DNA of 64,000 bases from an uncultured Eubacteriales bacterium (GTDB lineage: Bacteria > Bacillota > Clostridia > Christensenellales > QALW01). A program made the translations under genes and the position numbers. The notes below the pieces were generated by a model. The model was not told where the DNA came from. It was given only the letters and a program-made list of their open reading frames with translations, and did not search any database. Within the stretch, counting starts at the first letter, position 1; every line of letters begins with the position of its first letter. Positions 29,804 through 39,626 of this stretch are shown piece after piece. The DNA lies in NCBI GenBank assembly GCA_900547955.1, contig URIR01000004.1, positions 12,680-76,679 on the forward strand. The letters are read 5' to 3'.

Positions 29804-30964
29804 TTATTTATTATATATAACGCCATTTAAAGGCAATTCGCCGCTTTTCGCAGCAATTAATGTTGAATTGTCCTCCTCTGCCAGCCGGTTCACATATACG
29901 GCGTTTTTCTGCCCCTTATCGTCTAGTATATATATATACTGGCCCTGTTCATCCTCTCTTATAAAGCCGGACGGCACTATGAATCCCTCGTTTATGGGAG
30001 AATTCACGCTTATTTTTACCGAACGCAGTCCAAGCACTCTATCGACCTCTCCACTAATTTCAAATATAACAACCCGTTCTCTCTCGTTTAAAACATCGTA
30101 TACGCGGGCGTTAAAAGCGCCATCTACGCCCGAAATATATATTTCAGTTTCCGCTCCAGCTGTAATGGCCTGATTATCGCAAATTGCGGCGATATAGAAC
30201 TTTTCAGGGCTTATTATTTTGGCTATTTCACCATCTCTGCGATTATTTACCGGATTATTCCCGTTTAAGGCCTGCTTTATAAGGGATGCTGTAACGTTTG
30301 ATAAAGCGGAAGCGTTCAGGCTGTCCTCAAAACCGTCCGCAAACCAGGATATATATCCGTCCGCAGGCGAAAGCACTTCTTCCTGCCAGCCGCTCAAAGC
30401 CGCGGCACGCTCTTTCTCGTCCTCATAAAGCAGCGCTACCGAATCGCTGGGAGAAAAATTGTCGCGTATGTATTGCTGTCTCTCTTCCATTAAGCGTATA
30501 AGCTCTGCGTTTAATTCAAAATATGATAAATCCCCCTCCTCATAGTCCTGAAGACTTTTAAGAGTCTTTTCAATATCCAAATCATACTGCACTAGCTCGG
30601 GCTTATATATATCCTTTATAGTTTCGCTTTCCTGAGCTAAAACAATGCTTTTTTGAAGCTCCCATAAATCCTTTACAGCTGAAACAACATATCCCTTTTT
30701 ATACAAGCTTGCTAACGTCTGGCCCTTTGTTACCAGCTCCCCCTCCGCCGCCCGGTATATCAAACGGTCATTTTCAGGTACGGAAACAAGCTGCTCATCA
30801 TATATTACAGCAGCATCACAGAACCCCGAAGCAGACATGCTGCCATATCTAACATAACTTTTACTAGGTACGAACAGCAAAAAACACAGCCCGACTATAA
30901 CGGCAATAACAATAATTAAAAAAATATAAAATCTTAAACCTAATCTATATGACCTCGTACTCAA
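29804..30964 (-). CDS. Membrane-anchored HlyD-like (membrane-fusion-like) protein
   Basis: TTG start with AGAGGT RBS and an N-terminal TM. Has a lipoyl-like segment (GELVTKGQTLASLY) and a beta-barrel-like C-terminus. The family call is tentative. Confidence 0.4.
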   Translation of the reverse strand: MSTRSYRLGLRFYIFLIIVIAVIVGLCFLLFVPSKSYVRYGSMSASGFCDAAVIYDEQLVSVPENDRLIYRAAEGELVTKGQTLASLYKKGYVVSAVKDLWELQKSIVLAQESETIKDIYKPELVQYDLDIEKTLKSLQDYEEGDLSYFELNAELIRLMEERQQYIRDNFSPSDSVALLYEDEKERAAALSGWQEEVLSPADGYISWFADGFEDSLNASALSNVTASLIKQALNGNNPVNNRRDGEIAKIISPEKFYIAAICDNQAITAGAETEIYISGVDGAFNARVYDVLNERERVVIFEISGEVDRVLGLRSVKISVNSPINEGFIVPSGFIREDEQGQYIYILDDKGQKNAVYVNRLAEEDNSTLIAAKSGELPLNGVIYNK

Positions 30965-31051
30965 GCCTTACCTCTTAGATATTATAATCAATAATCTGCT
31001 GCATTGGCATATAAAATATATTTTGCTTCAGCTCCTGGCAATTTGATTTTT

Positions 31052-31244
31052 TTCTGCTCTATTCTCAGTTTGCATATTCTGGCACAGCCTCTTTGACCCG
31101 AAAACAGTCAAACTGTACTAAGCTGAAGCCATAGAATCAAAAGAATTTAATTCACACCCCTGCATGGCATCCGTACGGCATTTATCTAACATGCCGGAAG
31201 CCAAAGCAGCGAAACGAAAACGCAAATTCAGCATTTATGAGCCG
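31052..31244 (+). repeat. Intergenic repeat family, copy C
   Basis: Collinear with copy B. Shared anchors are ttct..tat.ctca.t, gctga[g/a][a/g]cc, ta[a/g]aatca, cctgca, aagc[a/c]aaagcagcg and aacgca[g/a]attca, at matching spacings (about 65-70 nt and 65-66 nt). Confidence 0.6.
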
Positions 31245-31318
31245 CGCCATATTTTATACGCTAACGCTTTTTATATAGTACTACATTTGCAGCTTTTATG
31301 CAATATAATTTACTGTTT

Positions 31319-32233
31319 TTATAGGTAATCTTTCAAGTAATTTATTATTTCCTCAGCATATATGCCGTGAGCGTATTCATTCACATGCCAATCGTCCCAA
31401 AAAACCTCCTTGCCCATACTTATTTCAGCTTTTACGCGCGCGTTTGTATCAGCAAGAGGTATTTTCCTGCTTTGGGCCGCCCTTTTCACCTGCTCTATAT
31501 ACGTCTCATACTCCCATGCGCTCCACGGCTCTTTCTGAGCCCCCCGTATAGGAGCGGTTGTATGCATTATTAATACTGCGCCCAAATCATCAGACCGCTC
31601 TATAAGGCTAAAAAGAGATGAGCGGTATTCCTCCGGGCTTTGCCCCGAAAGCCAGTCGTTTATGGTATTGGCCTCGCCTATAATAATTTTAGGCTTATAG
31701 ACGCATACATATTCCTGCCAATAACTCTTTAAATACGCTGATAGAGAGGTACTGCCTATTCCAGAATTTATTACAGCATAATTCCCGGCGTATGCCTCTA
31801 TCCTATAGATAATATTATCTCCCAGAATATCCTTAACAATAAGCTCATGCATTCCTGAATTACAGAATAACGGTATTATAACGTACGGCTTTTTCTCATC
31901 AAGCACTATATTAAAACACAGCCTCCCATCCAAATATATTTCGGTTTGTCCAGATTGCAGCCTTCCGCCGATATCTGCGGCCAATATTTGGATGCGAAAA
32001 AGCCCGGCTTCACAGAAAAGCCTGTATACGCCGCTCCGTTTAGGCTCATATTCATCCGCCGAGGAATCCGTCAAGGCATTTATTTTTTCTCTTAACCTAT
32101 TAGCATAGCATGGATAGATAAAAGGCATAAGGCGTTTTTCTCCGCCCTGAGCAGGAGGCGAAAAATGCCGCTCGCCGTCAACTCCCTGCCCCCAGGTATG
32201 AGAGTCCCCCTCCAAAACAATCGTACTAATCAT
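31319..32233 (-). CDS. SGNH/GDSL family hydrolase
   Basis: Block I GDSHTWG at the N-terminus and block V DxxH (DWHVNEYAH). Start trimmed to ATG 32233 with a GAGGTGG RBS. Confidence 0.72.
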   Translation of the reverse strand: MISTIVLEGDSHTWGQGVDGERHFSPPAQGGEKRLMPFIYPCYANRLREKINALTDSSADEYEPKRSGVYRLFCEAGLFRIQILAADIGGRLQSGQTEIYLDGRLCFNIVLDEKKPYVIIPLFCNSGMHELIVKDILGDNIIYRIEAYAGNYAVINSGIGSTSLSAYLKSYWQEYVCVYKPKIIIGEANTINDWLSGQSPEEYRSSLFSLIERSDDLGAVLIMHTTAPIRGAQKEPWSAWEYETYIEQVKRAAQSRKIPLADTNARVKAEISMGKEVFWDDWHVNEYAHGIYAEEIINYLKDYL

Positions 32234-32297
32234 GTTCCACCTCAAATATCCTCAATTATAAGAAACTATACGTCTAATAACGGAATAGCTTTTTCAA

Positions 32298-32484
32298 TTC
32301 TTTCGTTATCCTCAATGGACAGGCGTTAAATGCTCCTCAACCGTCCGCCCTGAAAATCTCCGGCTGAGAACCTAAAATCAGAATGATGAAATCCTCATCC
32401 TGCAAAACGTTTGAACGACGCGTACCGCACGTGCCCTAAGCAAAAGCAGCGTTGCCCAACGCAGATTCAATATGCTTTCTGACC
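32298..32484 (+). repeat. Intergenic repeat family, copy B
   Basis: See copies A and C. It lies between the ppdK terminator and the SGNH hydrolase start. Confidence 0.6.
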
Positions 32485-32513
32485 GTATAGTTCTTTATAA
32501 ACTGAGGGTAATT

Positions 32514-32556
32514 GGAAAATAAAAATAAAGCCGTGATTTTTCAAATGCACGGCTTT
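32514..32556 (-). terminator. Rho-independent terminator after ppdK
   Basis: 9-bp stem AAAGCCGTG / CACGGCTTT (32527-32556) is followed on the minus strand by ATTTTTATTTTCC. Confidence 0.85.
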
Positions 32557-32569
32557 AAATACTATTAAA

Positions 32570-35206
32570 TTATTTCTTAGCCCGAAGCTCTGCAATCCTA
32601 GCCTGAGCAGCGGCAAGACGGGCAATGGGCACTCTGAAAGGCGAGCAGGAAACATAATTGAGACCCACTTCATAGCAGAATTTAACTGTCGACGGGTCTC
32701 CGCCATGCTCTCCACAGATACCCAGCTTGATATCGGGGCGAGTCTTGCGGCCAAGCTCTGCGGCCATTTTCACCAGCTTGCCAACACCATGCTGGTCCAG
32801 ACGCGCAAATGGGTCAAATTCATATATCTTCTTGGCATAATAATCATCCAGGAACTTTCCGGCGTCGTCGCGGCTGAAGCCGAAAGTCATCTGAGTAAGG
32901 TCGTTAGTACCAAAGGAGAAGAATTCAGCCTCCTGGGCAATTTCGTCAGCCAGGAGCGCGGCGCGGGGTATCTCAATCATGGTTCCAACCATTATCTTGA
33001 GCTGAACACCCTTTTCCTCCATAACCTTCTGAGCGGTAGCCATAACTACATCCTTAACATACTTAAGCTCCTTGACTTCACCCACCAGCGGAATCATTAT
33101 TTCGGGAACTATGGTTTTGCCCGTAGCCTGCCCCACTTCTATAGCCGCTTCTACAACCGCACGGGTCTGCATTTCGGCAATTTCAGGATAGGTAACCGCC
33201 AGGCGGCAGCCGCGGTGTCCAAGCATGGGGTTGAATTCATGCAGGGAATCAATAGTAGCCTTAAGCTGGTCGTAAGAAAGATTCATCTCCTTAGCCAGAG
33301 CTTCAATGTCCTCTTTCTCGGTAGGCAGGAACTCATGCAGCGGGGGATCCAGGAAACGGATGGTAACCGGACGCTCCTGCATAGCCTCGTATATGCCCAT
33401 AAAGTCCTTCTTCTGGAAGGGCAGCAATTTTGCCAGAGCGGCTCTGCGCTGCTCCTCTGTTTTGCTGACTATCATTTCGCGCATGGCGGGAATCCTGTCC
33501 TCATCAAAGAACATGTGCTCGGTACGGCACAGTCCAACGCCCTCAGCGCCAAATTCCACAGCCTTAAGCGCATCGCGGGGAGTATCGGCATTAGTGCGAA
33601 CCTTCATTGTGCGAATGCTGTCCGCCCAGCCCATAATAGTTCCGAAATCGCCTGACACGCTGGCGTCAACAGTAGGAATAGCCTCGCCGTAAACATTACC
33701 CGTGCTGCCGTCCAGAGAAATATAGTCGCCCTCTTTATATGTCTTGCCGCCTACAGTAAAGGTGCCGGCAGCCTCGTCAATAACGATATCTCCACAGCCC
33801 GCTACACAGCAGGTGCCCATTCCGCGGGCAACAACCGCAGCATGAGAGGTCATGCCTCCGCGAACAGTCAAAATGCCCTGGGAAGCATACATTCCCTCGA
33901 TATCCTCGGGGCTGGTCTCCAATCTTACCAGCACGACTTTATTGCCAGCCTTAGCCGAAGCAATAGCGGCGTCAGCAGTAAAGCAAACCTGGCCGCAGGC
34001 AGCTCCGGGGGAAGCAGGCAGGCCCTTAGTTATAGGCTTAGCCTTTTTAAGAGCGGCAGCCTCAAATTGAGGATGCAATAAAGCGTCAAGCTGCTTGGGG
34101 TCGATATTCATAACCGCATCTTCCTTGCTTATCATGCCTTCGTTTACAAGGTCAACGGCAATCTTAATAGCAGCGGCGGCAGTACGCTTTCCATTACGGG
34201 TCTGCAGCATGTAAAGCTTGCCTTTTTCGATGGTAAACTCCATATCCTGCATATCGCGGTAATGCTTTTCAAGGGTCTCAGCTATCTGAGCAAACTGGTT
34301 GTAAACCGCTTCATTCGTATTCTTAAGCTCGCTTATTGGTTGGGGAGTACGGATACCGGCAACAACGTCCTCGCCCTGAGCGTTCATAAGATATTCGCCG
34401 TACAGCTTGCGCTCTCCGGTTGAAGGGTTACGGGTAAAGGCCACGCCTGTTCCCGAATCGTTGCCCATATTTCCAAATACCATGGCCTGTACGTTTACCG
34501 CCGTGCCCCAGTCGCCGGGGATATCATTCATACGGCGATAAACAATAGCGCGGGGATTATCCCAGGAACGGAATACCGCCTTAACAGCCTCCAGCATCTG
34601 CTCCTTAGGCTCCTGCGGGAAGGCTTGTCCCTTATTTTCAAGATAAATGGCCTTATATTCTTCACAAATCGCCTTCAAATCCTCAGCAGTAAGGTCGGTA
34701 TCAAACTTATAGCCCTTCTCCTGCTTAACTCTGTCCAGAACATGCTCAAACTTCATGCGGTCTATTTCCATAACAACGTCTGAAAACATGGTTATGAATC
34801 TGCGGTAGCTGTCATAAGCAAAACGCTCGTTATTGGTAAGCCTGGCAAGGCCTACAACAGTCTGGTCGTTAAGGCCAAGATTAAGGATGGTATCCATCAT
34901 GCCCGGCATAGAGGCGCGCGCGCCCGAACGAACTGACACCAAAAACGGATTGCTTACGTCTCCAAATTTTTTGCCGCATATTTCCTCGGTCTTAGCCAGA
35001 GCTTCTTCAATCTGGGCTACGATATCGTCAGAAATACGCTTGCCGTCCTCATAATATTTTGTGCAAGCTTCGGTAGTAACCGTAAAGCCCTGAGGCACGG
35101 GCAGACCCAGCCCCGTCATTTCGGCAAGGTTCGCGCCTTTGCCACCCAGGAGATTGCGCATGCTGGCATCTCCCTCGCTGAAAAGGTAAACATACTTTTT
35201 ACTCAT
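32570..35206 (-). CDS. ppdK: Pyruvate, phosphate dikinase
   Basis: Full-length PPDK with ATP-grasp, phosphohistidine swivel (GGMTSHAAVVARG) and PEP-utilising TIM barrel. ATG 35206 is chosen over the TTG in the ORF track. Confidence 0.97.
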   Translation of the reverse strand: MSKKYVYLFSEGDASMRNLLGGKGANLAEMTGLGLPVPQGFTVTTEACTKYYEDGKRISDDIVAQIEEALAKTEEICGKKFGDVSNPFLVSVRSGARASMPGMMDTILNLGLNDQTVVGLARLTNNERFAYDSYRRFITMFSDVVMEIDRMKFEHVLDRVKQEKGYKFDTDLTAEDLKAICEEYKAIYLENKGQAFPQEPKEQMLEAVKAVFRSWDNPRAIVYRRMNDIPGDWGTAVNVQAMVFGNMGNDSGTGVAFTRNPSTGERKLYGEYLMNAQGEDVVAGIRTPQPISELKNTNEAVYNQFAQIAETLEKHYRDMQDMEFTIEKGKLYMLQTRNGKRTAAAAIKIAVDLVNEGMISKEDAVMNIDPKQLDALLHPQFEAAALKKAKPITKGLPASPGAACGQVCFTADAAIASAKAGNKVVLVRLETSPEDIEGMYASQGILTVRGGMTSHAAVVARGMGTCCVAGCGDIVIDEAAGTFTVGGKTYKEGDYISLDGSTGNVYGEAIPTVDASVSGDFGTIMGWADSIRTMKVRTNADTPRDALKAVEFGAEGVGLCRTEHMFFDEDRIPAMREMIVSKTEEQRRAALAKLLPFQKKDFMGIYEAMQERPVTIRFLDPPLHEFLPTEKEDIEALAKEMNLSYDQLKATIDSLHEFNPMLGHRGCRLAVTYPEIAEMQTRAVVEAAIEVGQATGKTIVPEIMIPLVGEVKELKYVKDVVMATAQKVMEEKGVQLKIMVGTMIEIPRAALLADEIAQEAEFFSFGTNDLTQMTFGFSRDDAGKFLDDYYAKKIYEFDPFARLDQHGVGKLVKMAAELGRKTRPDIKLGICGEHGGDPSTVKFCYEVGLNYVSCSPFRVPIARLAAAQARIAELRAKK

Positions 35207-35436
35207 CAACGGTATTCCTCCTAATTAAAATCTAAAAGCAGACAACTGCTTTATGGCGAATTTCATGCCGGCCCCAAAGGTGTGCATACATAAACGGCCG
35301 ACGCTCCTTTAAGCACCTAAGGTATAATAATACAATTAACAAAAAAACACAACTATATTTTGCGCCTTTCTGGCTTAAAATAATAATATAATGAATAATA
35401 TCCTGCAAAATTAATAAAATTTTTAAATTTACTGCG

Positions 35437-36156
35437 CTATTTAATAAAATATGCCGCGCTTTTAAATTGATGGTCAAAGCACAGCTGTATATGGCGTATA
35501 AGAATCAAAAACGCATTGTCAACTGTCGCAGGTGCAGCTTCATTTATAAAGCTTTCGCTCTCTGAATAAACGCAGCCCTCAATAAAATCCGCAGTCCCCT
35601 TTTCCTGCTTTATCCAGCCTGCTCCGCTAATCTTGGCGGCGCAACCGTCGCATATTCCGCCCTCTCCAGGCAAAAAGCAATCCGCTGGTTTACCGCATTC
35701 AAGGCAATGCTTAAAGTCGGGCATATAACCGCTGATATTCAAAAGCCGCGCCGAAAAAAGCGCCAGCATGGCCTTGGGAGAATTGCCGCATAGTGCGTAA
35801 AGGCACCCCCTCAGCAGCTCAAACAGCTCAAACTGAGGCTGCTGCGTCCCGGCATAGTTAGCCATCTCCACCATGGCTGACGCCGCGCACATTTTATCAA
35901 TATCTTCTCTCAAGGGATAAAAGCTGTTTATTAATGAGCATCCGGTTAAGGCATACCGCCCGCCTCTGTCGCTGAGCACATAGCTGCCGTATGTAAAAAG
36001 CTCCGCAGCAAAACGAAGCTTGGCATTTTGTTTGCGTATTCCTCTGGCGGAAACGCTTATAAGCCCGCAGTCGGGAGTAAGCAGGGTAAGCATGCGGTCT
36101 GCGTCCTTATAATCCGCATGTCTTAAAACTATACCCTCCGTCTTTAATTCGCCCAT
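35437..36156 (-). CDS. recO: DNA repair protein RecO
   Basis: OB-fold N-terminus (GIVLRHADYKDADRMLTLLT) and a Cys-rich zinc module (CLECG...CDGC), downstream of era. Confidence 0.88.
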   Translation of the reverse strand: MGELKTEGIVLRHADYKDADRMLTLLTPDCGLISVSARGIRKQNAKLRFAAELFTYGSYVLSDRGGRYALTGCSLINSFYPLREDIDKMCAASAMVEMANYAGTQQPQFELFELLRGCLYALCGNSPKAMLALFSARLLNISGYMPDFKHCLECGKPADCFLPGEGGICDGCAAKISGAGWIKQEKGTADFIEGCVYSESESFINEAAPATVDNAFLILIRHIQLCFDHQFKSAAYFIK

Positions 36157-36208
36157 TCTGACTTAATCTTACCTCCGTTAATTATAAAACGGGCGCTTTT
36201 GCTCCTGC

Positions 36209-36319
36209 TCAGCCTTTTTTATCCTTTCTCTCCCTTAGAGCCGAACGGGTATTAAGATAAAGCGGATCGCCCGTCTTCATAAAAAGCTTCCAAAGCGCCT
36301 CATCTAACTTTTTATCCAT
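36209..36319 (-). CDS. yqzL: YqzL-like small protein (36 aa), not in ORF track
   Basis: ATG 36319 with AAGGAGGG RBS. It translates as MDKKLDEALWKLFMKTGDPLYLNTRSALRERKDKKG. It lies between era and recO, where Bacillus encodes yqzL. Confidence 0.55.
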   Translation of the reverse strand: MDKKLDEALWKLFMKTGDPLYLNTRSALRERKDKKG

Positions 36320-36409
36320 AGCTATCCCTCCTTTATTTATATTTTGCGCTATAAATAAAGGAATATGAGTATATAAATTTTGCCAGCGCGCAGTCAGACA
36401 ATACGGCGA

Positions 36410-37303
36410 TTATTTGCCTGAATAGCCCAGCTGCTTTAAAACACTCCTGGAATTACGCCAATCCTTTTGAACCTTTACAAACAATTCAAGATATATCTGG
36501 CATTGAAACAGCTCTTCCAATTCTGTCCGCGCTTCAGCGCCTATTCTTTTCAGCATAGAGCCATTCTTCCCTATGATTATACCCTTATGCGAATCTCTCT
36601 CGCACATAATGTCGGCCAGGATATAAATAGTCCCATTAGAGCGCTGCTGCATCTTTTCTATTTCCACTCCCACGCCGTGCGGCACTTCCTCCTTAAGCAG
36701 CATAAGCATTTTTTCCCTTATAACCTCGGATACCAGAAATTTTTCAGGATAATCGCTTACTATATCGTCAGGAAAAAACTCTGGTCCTTCAGGCATAGCC
36801 TTTATTACCGCCCGCAAAAGAGAGTCGATGTTTTCGTCCTTAAGCGCGCTCAGCTCGAATACTTCGTCTATTCGCGCGCATTCCAGAGCCTTGGCCTTAA
36901 GCGCTTCAACCTGTTCACGCTCAGCCGCATCTTTTTTATTTATCACTACAAAAACAGGGCATTGCAGCCTTGAAAGCCCCGTAAGCATCTCCCTGTCCAG
37001 CGGACCGAAGAATTCGTCGGCAGCCAGCATAGCTATAACGCAGTCCACTCCGTCAACCGAGCTTTTCTGTTCCTTCATCATATATTCGCCCAGCTTGTTC
37101 TTGGGTTTATGTATGCCGGGCGTATCCAAAAAGACTATTTGATATTCCGGCTTTGTAAGAATCCCCTTGATAAGATTCCGCGTTGTCTGGCTTCTGGGAG
37201 TAACTATAGCTATTTTTTGGCCAAGCAGCCTGTTAAGCAGGGTTGACTTTCCTACGTTCGGCCTACCAATAATAGCGGCAAAACCCGCCTTATGCGCATT
37301 CAT
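36410..37303 (-). CDS. era: GTPase Era
   Basis: G1 GRPNVGKSTL, DTPG, NKKD and a C-terminal KH domain. Start trimmed to MNAHKAGF. Confidence 0.95.
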   Translation of the reverse strand: MNAHKAGFAAIIGRPNVGKSTLLNRLLGQKIAIVTPRSQTTRNLIKGILTKPEYQIVFLDTPGIHKPKNKLGEYMMKEQKSSVDGVDCVIAMLAADEFFGPLDREMLTGLSRLQCPVFVVINKKDAAEREQVEALKAKALECARIDEVFELSALKDENIDSLLRAVIKAMPEGPEFFPDDIVSDYPEKFLVSEVIREKMLMLLKEEVPHGVGVEIEKMQQRSNGTIYILADIMCERDSHKGIIIGKNGSMLKRIGAEARTELEELFQCQIYLELFVKVQKDWRNSRSVLKQLGYSGK

Positions 37304-37307
37304 ATTT

Positions 37308-38237
37308 TCAAATCTCCATTTCCTCAATCTCTACTCTGGGAAGCATATGCTCAAAATCCTCTTTAAGCATAGGAGCAGTGCCCTCGGTAAGCACGCACGC
37401 TGTAGCCGCGGCTACTCCCTGAATAAAAAAGTTCTTCATATCCAGCCCGTCGCTTATGCCCTTAACGCATCCGGCGACCATAGCGTCCCCGGCGCCTACG
37501 GTAGATTTTACGCGCACCTGAACAGGCGGAGCGTAATACGCCTTTAACCCGTCGGTAATAAGCGCTCCGTTTTTCCCCATTGAAACGCAGACTATATTAA
37601 TACCCCCGCGCGTCAATTCAAGAGCCGCATCCAAATGCTCCCTAGGAGTTAAAAGCTCTCTTTTAGCATGAAGGGACAATTCATAGCTGTTAGGCTTTAC
37701 CAAATACGGCTTAAACTCCAGCCCGGCCTCAAAGGCTTCTCCGCTCGCGTCCAAAACACATTTGGCCTTAGGGCATTTATTCATAAGCCTAGCGTAATAT
37801 GAAGGCTCGCAGCCGGGCGGAAGGCTGCCTGAAAACACAGCCACATCACATTGAGCCGCCCAGCGTTCCACCAAAGCCTCAAGCTGGTCCTTTTTATCCT
37901 CTCCGGCAAAACGCCCGCTCTCGTTAAATTCAGTCATAATGCCGCTCTGGATATCTATGGCTTTTATATTTGTTCGGATTTCCCCGGCAGAATATACAAA
38001 TTCATAAGGAACGCTTTCCTTATCCAGCAATTCAGTTAAAATACCTCCGTTGCTTTGGTAATTAAAGCCCGTTAAAAATGCCTGACCTCCTAAACGAGAT
38101 AAGGTTACGGCTACATTTACGCCTTTTCCGCTGGGATTAAGCATACTGTCTACAATCCTGTTATACTGTCCCATAATAATACCGTTGACAGTTATAGTTT
38201 TATCTATGCATGGATTGACGCATACCGTAAGTATCAT
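37308..38237 (-). CDS. pfkB: 1-phosphofructokinase / PfkB-family sugar kinase
   Basis: PfkB ribokinase-like fold with the C-terminal GAGDAMVAG motif. Confidence 0.8.
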   Translation of the reverse strand: MILTVCVNPCIDKTITVNGIIMGQYNRIVDSMLNPSGKGVNVAVTLSRLGGQAFLTGFNYQSNGGILTELLDKESVPYEFVYSAGEIRTNIKAIDIQSGIMTEFNESGRFAGEDKKDQLEALVERWAAQCDVAVFSGSLPPGCEPSYYARLMNKCPKAKCVLDASGEAFEAGLEFKPYLVKPNSYELSLHAKRELLTPREHLDAALELTRGGINIVCVSMGKNGALITDGLKAYYAPPVQVRVKSTVGAGDAMVAGCVKGISDGLDMKNFFIQGVAAATACVLTEGTAPMLKEDFEHMLPRVEIEEMEI

Positions 38238-38278
38238 TTATACAACCTCCGGACCGGACGAACCGCATTTTAATAATA

Positions 38279-39526
38279 TTATTGCTCTTTTTCAGGAAAA
38301 TAAACAGCCTCGGAAGCGAGGAGCGAAGGGTTATCGGCTTCCCTATTCAAGCGCGCAGCCGCAATCCCCGTTGCAATTATAAAAAGCAATAATTGCCCCG
38401 TTTGAACGTTAAACGCCGTAACGTCCAGCATGCCGTGCGCCACAGTATATATCAAGCATCCGGCCACGGCTGAGATTTCCGCGCAGGCTCTTTTCTTTCT
38501 TTTAAAGGACGCAAATACCTCCTTAAGCTGTTCGCCGAACATTATAATCATGGAACCTGTGCCGGCGACGCCAAAATCAAGCAGAAAATTAACAAACAGG
38601 TTATGAGCATGCAAATAATTGCGAGACATAAGGCCATGACCGTATATTCTGAAATAGAAGGGCCCGCCTCCTAAAATAGGTCTCTCTAAAAATCCCTCCA
38701 GCGCCACGGTTATTATATCCATGCGCTCATACCAATTTTCTTCCACGTTCAGCAGCCTTGGAATGTGCTCAAAATTAAATAAAGCAACCAGAAGTACTGC
38801 CGCGCAGCCGCCCGAATAAATAACCGCCATTTTATATTTTCTCATGGCCAGCAGCACAATCAGGCCAGCGGCGGCAATGCTTGGAATAGCCGTGCGGCAT
38901 TGAGTAAAAAGCACGCCCGCCGCGCAGAAAGTCAACGCGGCCGCGTAAAGCATATTATATTTCTTATCGTATACGTCCACAAACGCCGCTACCGCGGTTA
39001 TAAGCACTAAGGAAAGCGCGTTGGCCAGAAGATTCGGATTATGGAAAGTAGCCTCCGGCCTGTAATTCGCCCCTTTAATAAAAAGCTGAATTATTCCTAT
39101 AAAAACTACGGCTATGCTTAATACGCATATGCTCCTGAAGCAAATATGAATCAATTCTCTATCCAAAAAGGAAGCCGCTGTTATATAAACCACCAGCATG
39201 GGAAACAGCACGAATACCGTACCCGCCAGGCCAAGCCAGTTTCGAGTAAGCAATGAGCCTACAACCCCTACGCCGCAGAAAATGCAGGCATACAAAAAAC
39301 CCGGAGAACGCAAAAACGCCGTCCTGGTTTTTTTTCTAATCAAAAATATAATGGCCGTAACGCCGCATACTACTCCAGCTACATAAGCCGTCATAAATAT
39401 GCTGGCCACGCATATAATTATAAGCCTCTGCTCCAAGCCGCGCCGCCAAAACGCCTTAAAAAGCGTTATTATGCCGGCGGAGTTCCCAGCGGGCAATTTT
39501 CCCATATTATCCACCCTAATTATCAT
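38279..39526 (-). CDS. O-antigen ligase-like (Wzy_C) polytopic membrane protein
   Basis: About 10-12 TM segments and a loop with YLHAHNLFVNFLLDFG, typical of the O-antigen ligase family. Confidence 0.6.
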   Translation of the reverse strand: MIIRVDNMGKLPAGNSAGIITLFKAFWRRGLEQRLIIICVASIFMTAYVAGVVCGVTAIIFLIRKKTRTAFLRSPGFLYACIFCGVGVVGSLLTRNWLGLAGTVFVLFPMLVVYITAASFLDRELIHICFRSICVLSIAVVFIGIIQLFIKGANYRPEATFHNPNLLANALSLVLITAVAAFVDVYDKKYNMLYAAALTFCAAGVLFTQCRTAIPSIAAAGLIVLLAMRKYKMAVIYSGGCAAVLLVALFNFEHIPRLLNVEENWYERMDIITVALEGFLERPILGGGPFYFRIYGHGLMSRNYLHAHNLFVNFLLDFGVAGTGSMIIMFGEQLKEVFASFKRKKRACAEISAVAGCLIYTVAHGMLDVTAFNVQTGQLLLFIIATGIAAARLNREADNPSLLASEAVYFPEKEQ

Positions 39527-39626
39527 CTAAAACGCTTCTTAACACGCGCGTTTTTTAATAGTACAAAAAAACAGTCCTCTATACTTGCTTTATTATACCA
39601 TATGATATAATAAAAGCAACCAGCCG

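Noticed and set aside
32705-33655. 316-aa plus-strand ORF, and many other 60-170-aa ORFs antisense to long genes (for example 24766-25287, 51016-51534, 8935-9369, 36467-36973)
   Set aside because: All lie fully inside strongly supported genes on the opposite strand. They have low-complexity or odd composition and no RBS, so they look like typical shadow ORFs.
35232-35477. 81-aa minus-strand ORF in the ppdK-recO spacer
   Set aside because: It is AT-rich and overlaps the recO 3' end and the ppdK promoter/leader. It has no RBS and a hydrophobic, low-complexity translation. It is probably spurious.
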